A stretch of DNA of 64,000 bases from Acidimicrobiales bacterium (GTDB lineage Bacteria; Actinomycetota; Acidimicrobiia; Acidimicrobiales; Bog-793). The DNA is taken from contig JBEKBI010000003.1 of NCBI GenBank assembly GCA_050015475.1, forward strand, positions 32,109 through 96,108, in the 5' to 3' direction. The position numbers and the translations under genes were made by a program. Of this stretch, positions 45,502-52,372 are shown piece after piece. The first letter of the stretch is position 1. Every line of letters starts with the position of its first letter. The notes beneath the pieces were generated by a model. The model was not told where the DNA came from and did not search any database. It saw only the letters and a program-made list of their open reading frames with translations.

Positions 45502-46335
45502 TCAGGCCACTCGCCGCCGGCGTCGGAAGAAGAACAGCGCGGCCCCCCCGGCAAGGAGCAGGGCCGCGATCACTCCTCCGGCGATCGCACCCGCGGAAGC
45601 GCCACCTCCCGAACCCGACGTGGCTCCTTGGGCAGTCTTCGAGGCGCCCCCACCAGAAGGCTGCGTGGAACCCGTGGAGGCAGATCCGCCCTTGCGCCCG
45701 GGAGCCCGGCCAACCTTTACTGGCGGCTTGGGTACGGCGGTCTCCGACTTGGGCAGGACGAGCGATTCCTCGGACACGGCAGTCCCATCGGTGCAGGAGG
45801 ATCCACCCCCCTGAACCAGGGTCCAAGTGGTGCCAGTGACCCTGATGACGGCCGTCGGGTAGCTGGTTGTCCAGGCCTGCTCGTCGGGGCTGGAGAAAAC
45901 CATTCGCAACTGGTACAGGCCATCCCAGTACGGCGGCGTCGAGTGATCCGGCCAGATCAAGGGGGCGTCAGCGTAGGTGGCTTGCGCCATCGGGTGGTCC
46001 CGGTTCGAGAACGTTGCGTCGTCGGTCAGCTGATAGCCCGTCCAGTCTCCTGGATCCAAGTACTGAAGCGGCTGGAACAGGTCGAGCGTGGCCCTGGTGT
46101 AACCCGCAGGAGCAGGAGCCGAGGACACCGCTCTCCACACGAATGGAATGGTCAGCAGGCTGCCTGAAGTGATCGGCTGTTCGTGTGCGTTGCACAATGT
46201 CAGCGAACCAACTCGATTGGGATCCGTGAAGGGGACCTTGGAGCCGCTGGCGAAAGCGGCCGACGGTACGACAAGCGCGCCGACGGTAACCACCAAAACA
46301 AGTGCCCCCCTTGTCAGCCAACTCCGGGTGCTCAT
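45502..46335 (-). CDS. Secreted protein of unknown function with Gly/Ser stalk and C-terminal TM anchor plus RRRRR
   Basis: Start at MSTRSWLTRGALVLVVTVGALVVPSAAFA (signal peptide), 7 nt after the DUF916 stop. Tail ...GSGGGASAGAIAGGVIAALLLAGGAALFFFRRRRRVA. Confidence 0.7.
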   Translation of the reverse strand: MSTRSWLTRGALVLVVTVGALVVPSAAFASGSKVPFTDPNRVGSLTLCNAHEQPITSGSLLTIPFVWRAVSSAPAPAGYTRATLDLFQPLQYLDPGDWTGYQLTDDATFSNRDHPMAQATYADAPLIWPDHSTPPYWDGLYQLRMVFSSPDEQAWTTSYPTAVIRVTGTTWTLVQGGGSSCTDGTAVSEESLVLPKSETAVPKPPVKVGRAPGRKGGSASTGSTQPSGGGASKTAQGATSGSGGGASAGAIAGGVIAALLLAGGAALFFFRRRRRVA

Positions 46336-46342
46336 TTGAGAT

Positions 46343-47563
46343 TTATTCTCTTTCTCGCTCAGCCGGCGCCACTGGCGTCGGGTCCTTGGCAGCAGACTCG
46401 CGTCCGACGACCTGACGCTTCGCAACACGGCCCGAGGCCGGCGCATCGCCGGATTGGGATTCCTGCTTGCCGGTGTCGTCTCCCTCCCCTGGCTTGTCCG
46501 AATCCGCTGCCGATCCACGACCCCGCCGGCGGCGGCGGCGATAGAACCAACCGAGCGCGATCAGGATCGCTGCAACGATGATTGCTATCAGTGTCCACGG
46601 GATGGCCCAGAACGACCGCGAGGCCTGGAAAGGACCCGACGACGACGCGACCGAACCGGCTATGTAAAGAGGCTGAATGGACACGTGGGCCGTCTCGCGA
46701 ATCTCGGGGAATATGCCCGTCACCTCGACGGCCTCTTTGACCGAGTAGCCCGGCAGCAAGAGCTGAAGCCTCGGGACGCCAGTGGCGGTGGACCGGCTCC
46801 CGAACAACCCTGAGACGTAGACCGTCTGAAGCCCGCCTAGGGCGACGTTGCCGGTGTTGGAAACGGTGTAGGTGACCCTTGCCTGGCCGGTGCCGATCGG
46901 GTCGAGCGTCCCTTGATAGTGGACCGCGAGCCCGGTGATGGTGAGAGACGGGCGCAACCGCCCGCTTACACGTAGGAAGATTCGGGTGCCGACGGTCTGC
47001 AACAGTCGCACCCGCTCGCCGCTTTTCGATATCACGGACGACACGAGGGTGGCGGTGATCACGCCGATATGGTCGCCGGGCGTCGCGTTTGCGGGCACCT
47101 CGATCAGGAAGGGGATGATGAGGACGGAGCGGGGCCGGAGCGTCAGCTGCAAGTCCGACTTGGGTAACAAGATCCAGGTGCCGAGGTCGTGAGAGCGCTC
47201 GTCGATGGGCCGCGCCGCGAAGCCGCCTTGCGGGGTGTTGATGCCGTCAGTTCCCCGTATCAGAAAGGTCGCTGTCTGGTCGGAGTAATTGAGGATCGCG
47301 ACGTGATCCTCGATCCGCCCACCGGGCGTCGACCCGAACAGGTAAATGCCCCGGTTGTCGGGCTTGGTGGCGGAAGCCGTCTGCGTGCCGAAGGTGACGA
47401 CGTTCCTCCGCTCCGACGGCGCCTTTTGCCCGTACGCCGGAGCAAGAGAAAGCAACAAAGCGAGGGCGCAGCTCACGACGGCTGCAATAGACAAATAGAG
47501 CCGGGTGGATCGTCGGATTGTCGTGTCGCGAGGCTGCATTTGGCGTGTCCGAATATCATCCAC
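46343..47563 (-). CDS. DUF916-type cell-surface protein (CscA-like, WxL-locus associated), C-terminal TM plus poly-Arg and an acidic/basic tail
   Basis: Signal peptide, then 'YLFGSTPGGRIEDHVAILNYSDQTATFLIRGTDGINTPQGGF', 'WILLPKSDLQLTLRPRSVLIIPFLIEVPANATPGDHIGVI', 'RIFLRVSG' and a second Ig-like half. TM 'WTLIAIIVAAILIALGWFYRRRRRRGRG'. This pattern matches DUF916/DUF3324 proteins as I recall them. Confidence 0.7.
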   Translation of the reverse strand: MDDIRTRQMQPRDTTIRRSTRLYLSIAAVVSCALALLLSLAPAYGQKAPSERRNVVTFGTQTASATKPDNRGIYLFGSTPGGRIEDHVAILNYSDQTATFLIRGTDGINTPQGGFAARPIDERSHDLGTWILLPKSDLQLTLRPRSVLIIPFLIEVPANATPGDHIGVITATLVSSVISKSGERVRLLQTVGTRIFLRVSGRLRPSLTITGLAVHYQGTLDPIGTGQARVTYTVSNTGNVALGGLQTVYVSGLFGSRSTATGVPRLQLLLPGYSVKEAVEVTGIFPEIRETAHVSIQPLYIAGSVASSSGPFQASRSFWAIPWTLIAIIVAAILIALGWFYRRRRRRGRGSAADSDKPGEGDDTGKQESQSGDAPASGRVAKRQVVGRESAAKDPTPVAPAERERE

Positions 47564-47676
47564 GAGGTTGAGGAGCCGTTCGTTTCATCAGCTATGGAGA
47601 ACGGTTACGACGCTTCAGTCTACCTGGTCAAGATGGATGGACATTGGCGGCCGCAACCCTCGTAGAAACGGCAGGA

Positions 47677-47700
47677 GCGGGACGGCCGAGGCCGCCCCGC
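47677..47700 (-). terminator. GC-rich hairpin downstream of the WxL-like gene (10-bp stem, one mismatch)
   Basis: gcgggacggc c gag gccgccccgc, read directly, about 60 nt after the stop at 47759. Confidence 0.3.
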
Positions 47701-47758
47701 CCCTCTGATTTCGATAACCGCGCGAGCTTGAGTGGCCCGACGGCCCTCCTTCTGCCGT

Positions 47759-49630
47759 CTAGGAGACGGAGAAGGTGATGGTGCCGCTGTAGGTGCCGGC
47801 CGGGGTGCTGGTCGCTGCGTACAGCGTCAGCGTCCCGTACATCAGAGCCGTGCCATCAGAGGCGCTGCTTACGGCCCACGTCTGTGCTGTGGAGCCGAGT
47901 CCAGGACCGGTGCCAGGACCGTCCACCGGGCTCGGGTTCTTCGCAACGATGTTGTTGAAGGCCACGTCACCGGCGTAGGCGCTGGTTCCGGTGGAGTTGT
48001 ACTCGCCGCCGGTCAAACCAAGGCCCGAAGCCGGGATCGAGTTAGCGCCGCTGGTAAGCGCCGTCGCCGAAACCGAGAGCGTCCAAGCGTAGGCGGGAGC
48101 CAGAGTGCTGGTCACTGTGATGTCCTGATCTCCGGCCTTCGGGAACTGCGCCGAGGACTGGAAATAGGTGCCATCACTGCTCAGTGTCATCGCCGGAAGC
48201 ACGAACGGGTTGGTGCTCGTGTACGGCGTGCTGATCGTGATTGTGCCTGGGTTTATGGTCACCTGGAGGTTCTGGGTGTCCGAGCAGACCGAACCGGCGT
48301 TGGCAGGCGGGCAAACAGCCGGAGCCGCAACCGTGACCGAGACCGCGGACGACGTCGAGGACGCGTACGAGTTGCTGGTCGGGCTGAACACGGCCGTAAT
48401 GCTGTTGCCGCCCTGGGGCAGGGAGCTCGTGTCGCAAGTCGCCGTGCCGCTGTATGGCGAGGTCGTGCTCACCGTGGTCACCTGAGCTGTGCAGCCGGCG
48501 ATCGCGGTGGTGCCGTTCAGAAACTCCACGTTCCCAGCCAAGCCCGTGCTGACGCTGTCGCTCTCGGTAACCGTCGCCGTCAAGTCCACCGGCGCGCCGT
48601 AAGCGGCGCTGGCGGTGTTGGTCGACAGCGCGGTCGAGGTTGCAACCTGCGGCGGGGTGACCGAAACCGGCACCGAGGACGAGCTCGAGCCGCCCACGAA
48701 GCTTGCATTCCCCGACCCCAACACAGTCGTGGTCGAGGCAGTCTCGTCACCGGGTGCCGGGACGAAGGTCGCCGTGTAGCTGTACGAGCCGGCGGTCGGC
48801 GCGTACGTGTAGGTGGCGACTCCGGCGCTCGGGGTCACGTCGGCCAGGAAGGTGGTGCCGTTGTAGAACTGCACCGTTCCAGCTGCACTGCTCGACACCG
48901 TAGCCGTCAGGGTGACGGAGTTCGGTGTGACCACGTGGGCTGCCGACGCCGTGAGGCTCGTGGTCGTGGCGCTGACGAACGGGTACAGGACCGCCCATCC
49001 ATCCGCTGGCACTGTGGTGCCATCCAGCGTGATTGCCGACGACGTCGTGTTGTAGCCGATGTCGCTCTCCCAGTAGGTGCCGGTGCTGTTGCCAGCGCCG
49101 CCCGCACCCGAGTCGGTCAGGCGAACCTGGATGGTGTTGACGTAGCCGGTGGTGGTGTCGCTGGGATTAACCGAAATGAAGCTGGTGATGTTGGCTGCTG
49201 ACGTGGCCGCGACCGGGTACGAAGCCGCGTCGGCCACGATGTCAGCGGGCGTGCCAGTAGGCAGGCTGGAGGCGGGATTGAAGGTCGTCGTGCCGCTCTC
49301 GGCCGTCCCTGTCCAGCCCGCCGGCAGGACGCCGTGCACTGGGAGGTAGAAGTTGACGATGGCCTTGTTGGCTCCCGAGTCGGGGGCGGTGCTGGCCACG
49401 ACGTAGGCGAACGGACTGCTCAGGTTGGTCCCGCTGGTAACCTGCACTCCGTTGGAGTTGTAGAAGGTGAGGTTGCCGTAGGGGGCTGCAGCGTTTGTGT
49501 CGGGTTCCCAGGGGGGAGCCGTAGTCGCCGCAAAGGCCGTACTCGCAATAGCGAGCAGCCCTCCTCCGGCGATGGCTGCGGTGAGCAACCCTGCCACCGC
49601 CACCTTGAGACTTCGCTTCGTTGGCTTCAC
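47759..49630 (-). CDS. Secreted surface protein: novel N-terminal domain, Ig-like repeats, C-terminal WxL-type domain
   Basis: GTG start follows GAAAGGAAAG. Signal peptide ...IASTAFA. Ig-like modules ('VTLTATVSSSAAGTVQFYNGTTFLADV...YSYTATFVP', 'VDLTATVTE...GNVEFLNGTTAIAGC'). C-terminal about 190 aa ('LQVTINPGTITISTP...ITVTSTLAPAYAWTLSVSATAL...GTLTLYAATSTPAGTYSGTITFSVS') looks like a WxL domain. Confidence 0.72.
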   Translation of the reverse strand: MKPTKRSLKVAVAGLLTAAIAGGGLLAIASTAFAATTAPPWEPDTNAAAPYGNLTFYNSNGVQVTSGTNLSSPFAYVVASTAPDSGANKAIVNFYLPVHGVLPAGWTGTAESGTTTFNPASSLPTGTPADIVADAASYPVAATSAANITSFISVNPSDTTTGYVNTIQVRLTDSGAGGAGNSTGTYWESDIGYNTTSSAITLDGTTVPADGWAVLYPFVSATTTSLTASAAHVVTPNSVTLTATVSSSAAGTVQFYNGTTFLADVTPSAGVATYTYAPTAGSYSYTATFVPAPGDETASTTTVLGSGNASFVGGSSSSSVPVSVTPPQVATSTALSTNTASAAYGAPVDLTATVTESDSVSTGLAGNVEFLNGTTAIAGCTAQVTTVSTTSPYSGTATCDTSSLPQGGNSITAVFSPTSNSYASSTSSAVSVTVAAPAVCPPANAGSVCSDTQNLQVTINPGTITISTPYTSTNPFVLPAMTLSSDGTYFQSSAQFPKAGDQDITVTSTLAPAYAWTLSVSATALTSGANSIPASGLGLTGGEYNSTGTSAYAGDVAFNNIVAKNPSPVDGPGTGPGLGSTAQTWAVSSASDGTALMYGTLTLYAATSTPAGTYSGTITFSVS

Positions 49631-49710
49631 TTAGAACTTTCCTTTCGGTTGGCTAGCTGATCGGTGTCTGGGGAGTTGCCGTATAGCGCAGGAGTACTGC
49701 GCCTGGCCGC

Positions 49711-49741
49711 CCCCTCTCTCCCCAGAACGGGGAGGAGAGGG
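49711..49741 (-). terminator. Hairpin after the PBP-like gene (6 bp, 1-nt bulge, 6 bp; cccctctctcccc agaac ggggaggagaggg)
   Basis: Read directly, 26 nt downstream of the stop at 49767. No U-tract. Could be a partial terminator or processing site inside the operon. Confidence 0.35.
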
Positions 49742-49766
49742 ACAGACAGGTGATCGGCCCTTACAG

Positions 49767-51500
49767 CTAGCAGGAGCCAGCGGTGTCGGTACCGGTGAGT
49801 TCGGTGCAGATCTCCGGGATGGTCGGGGTGATTCCGGCGTCCTCGAGGAGCGTCTGACCTTCGGCGGAGTCGATGTACGGGGCTCCGTCAGGCCCGTAGG
49901 TCGCAGCGTTTGCTCCGGAACCCACGGTGATGCAGTTGTTCGCCCCGGCTGGGCACGGGTCGTAGAACAGGGTGTTGAGCCAGTTCTCCGTCGTACCGGG
50001 CTGCCAGGCAGTGGTCGAGGCGATGTCGCTGTTGCGGAACAGGAGGAACAGGGGTCGGGTCGGGTCGAACAGACCACTCGTGTAGCCACTGGCGGAGTAG
50101 ACGCCGAGGCCAACCGGTCCCGTTGTCCCGGTAACCGATGTACCCGTGCTGGCGGTGATCGTCACGACGTTCGGCGACACGGCCTTGGGGGTCCCGAGGC
50201 CACCGTTCGCGCTGCCACTGGTCTCACATGCCGCGCTCCCAACCAGGTAGGCACAGCTGGGGTCGAGGAAGTAACCGCCACTAGGAAGGCCACCGGATGC
50301 GCCGGTGTTGCTGACGCCCCGGTAGAGGTCGAGGCGGCCCTGCGACATGGGCTCGATGGCGTCCGCAGGAGTACCTGCGACGTCAAAGATGGCCGTCGGG
50401 TCATTCTCTTCCGAGACCAGGGCACAAGCCGGCACGTAGCTGGTGTTGCTCGACAGGCCGATCTGCTGGAGGAAGTACTTACGAGTGCCCGAGCCAACCT
50501 GCGGGATGAGCGGGATGATCTTGTCGCCGCTCGCCGAGGGGTTGACAAGGCCGACGTTGTCCGACGTGCTGGTGGAGAAGCTCGAGGGAAGAGCGTCGCT
50601 CAGGGTGATGGTTCCTGTCCCAGCGCTTGAGACGGTCTCAGGTGAGCCGTTCTCTCCGTCGACCACAGCGCCGTTGACCTCAACTGCCCAGCCATCGTTG
50701 GCCGAGGTGGGTTGCTGCGGGTCGCTGCTGGGGAACGTGACGGCTTTCGAGCTGGCGGTGAGGCTGGCACCCTCCAGGTAGACCCCAGTGATCTCCGGGT
50801 CGTTCCAGGTGATGCAACCCGATGCCGGGGCTGTGTAGATGTAGTTCAGCTGCAACGCCGTGAGCGGCACGGCGTTCGTGCTGACACCGGAAGTGATCAT
50901 CGGCAGCGTGTCAGTGGCGATCTGGAGCTGGTCGATCGTCGGTATTGATGACGACGGGTTGCTCCCGGTCTCCGAGGAGGAGGACCGCGCGAAGTTGATG
51001 ACCTCGCTGCTCGCGGAGTTGTGGCCGGCGGTCACGTCCTGGACCAGGGCGTTGAATCCGGCGCCAGAGCCGTTGGGCCGTAGCACGGGCTGAAGACCGG
51101 CCCGCAGCACCACCGTCGGGTTGAGCACGCAGGGAGCACCGCTGTTGGGCGACGTCTGGTTGCCTGTTCCAGAGCCGCTCCCGGTGCCGGGCGTGCAGCT
51201 CGACTGGCCGGTTTGGCCACCGTCGACGCCGTAAGCGAGGCGAGCGTTGGCGTCGGCCGTCGCGTCGATGTCGACCACCTTGTACTTGTTGCCGAGCTGG
51301 TTGTAGCCGGTGTCGCCGTAGGCATTGCCGTCCGCCAGGAAGTCAATCCCGTACTGGATGGTGTCAGATCCGACGCCAACCACGTCACCTTTGTTGGGGG
51401 CGTAATCCGCGTATGCCGAAGGCACCACGAGCGCAAGTGGCAGCACTGCGGCCACCACCGTCGCCGCAGCTAAGCCAAGCTTCAGTGTGCGGTGTCTCAA
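49767..51500 (-). CDS. Secreted PstS/PBP_like_2-fold substrate-binding-like protein with large insertions (third PstS-fold protein of the island)
   Basis: TTG at 51500 follows GAAGGAG (ORF extends to 51545). Signal peptide LKLGLAAATVVAAVLPLALVVPSAYA. 'VVGVGSDTIQ', 'LRPNGSGAGFNAL', 'INFARSS', 'LTALQLNYIYT...ITWNDPEI', 'IPQVGSGTRKYF' follow the PstS-family block order. No lipobox or TM anchor. Confidence 0.6.
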   Translation of the reverse strand: MRHRTLKLGLAAATVVAAVLPLALVVPSAYADYAPNKGDVVGVGSDTIQYGIDFLADGNAYGDTGYNQLGNKYKVVDIDATADANARLAYGVDGGQTGQSSCTPGTGSGSGTGNQTSPNSGAPCVLNPTVVLRAGLQPVLRPNGSGAGFNALVQDVTAGHNSASSEVINFARSSSSETGSNPSSSIPTIDQLQIATDTLPMITSGVSTNAVPLTALQLNYIYTAPASGCITWNDPEITGVYLEGASLTASSKAVTFPSSDPQQPTSANDGWAVEVNGAVVDGENGSPETVSSAGTGTITLSDALPSSFSTSTSDNVGLVNPSASGDKIIPLIPQVGSGTRKYFLQQIGLSSNTSYVPACALVSEENDPTAIFDVAGTPADAIEPMSQGRLDLYRGVSNTGASGGLPSGGYFLDPSCAYLVGSAACETSGSANGGLGTPKAVSPNVVTITASTGTSVTGTTGPVGLGVYSASGYTSGLFDPTRPLFLLFRNSDIASTTAWQPGTTENWLNTLFYDPCPAGANNCITVGSGANAATYGPDGAPYIDSAEGQTLLEDAGITPTIPEICTELTGTDTAGSC

Positions 51501-52372
51501 TTTGAACTCCTTCAATTGATCGTCAAGGATCGCACGCCTTCGCAAAATGGGTGCCTTTTAGGAATAACATGCGAAGATGTTTTTCCAACCTCCACGAGGT
51601 GAACAGGCCATGAATTTTGCGTGATTCCTTTACATATTGAGGAGAATGTCCTGGTCATCTCCTGAGGACCGCGGCTTGTCCGGATGCCTGCCCGGATGGC
51701 CGGATCCTGACCATTCACGGCTCCACGACCACGCGGCGTGGGCAAGCCGAGACAAGCCTCCGTCTCCAGCCTGACGAAGGCTGCCATCAAGCCGAAAACG
51801 GGGATCTCCACCCGTCCCCGACCCCTCCGTCAGCCCACAGAGGCTTGACCTGAACGACAAGCACGCCGTCGCTGGGCCGCCAAAGCCGCTAATCGCGACG
51901 ACGACACCCCAACAAGAGGACCGGCTGACCCAACCGGGCGCAAAGGGTCGCCGGCGACACGACGCGGGAGTTTGGGGACCTGTTGAGAGACGAACCCGTC
52001 TTCGCCCACCACAAGTCCGTGCGCCACTTCTACCGTTTTGGCGGGCGAGGTCTCGCCTCGGCACTAGGGCGCGGGAGCCCATCCACACAACCCACAGCCG
52101 GCGTCGACTGTAGCCAAGCTGGCCTGCAGGTCTGGCACGAGACGGACGGCTCGTTCAGCCTCTGCGCGGGTGAGTCTGGACTCGAAGCCAGCAAGTCGTC
52201 CGGAATCTCGAGGATTCCGCCAACCATGGAAGCCCCAACTTCTCGACCAAAGCAGGCCGCGCCGGTCCGCGTTGCACCGTTCACCGCCTCGACCCGAGCA
52301 GCAGCTCGTTTAGCACCCTCGGGCGAGGCGGTGGGTTATGCGGCCTCGCGGTCGCCGAGGCGACACGGACCG

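Noticed and set aside
39449-47563. Search for LPXTG/LAXTG sortase motifs in the anchored proteins
   Set aside because: None was found by eye. The nearest strings (VLTGD in the PstS-like tail, QPGDL in the 926-aa tail) do not fit the pentapeptide or its spacing, so I do not call canonical sortase substrates.
47732-49201. 489-aa plus-strand ORF (also 41317-42561 minus and 59561-60943 plus) opposite large surface or SBP genes
   Set aside because: All are Arg/Gly-rich shadow ORFs antisense to genes with signal peptides and coherent domain structure.
51546-52372. Possible IS/transposase or integrase remnant in the long gap
   Set aside because: Translations in all six frames show no DDE, HTH or recombinase motifs that I can recognise, and I found no terminal inverted repeats. 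It is kept only as an unexplained spacer in the findings.
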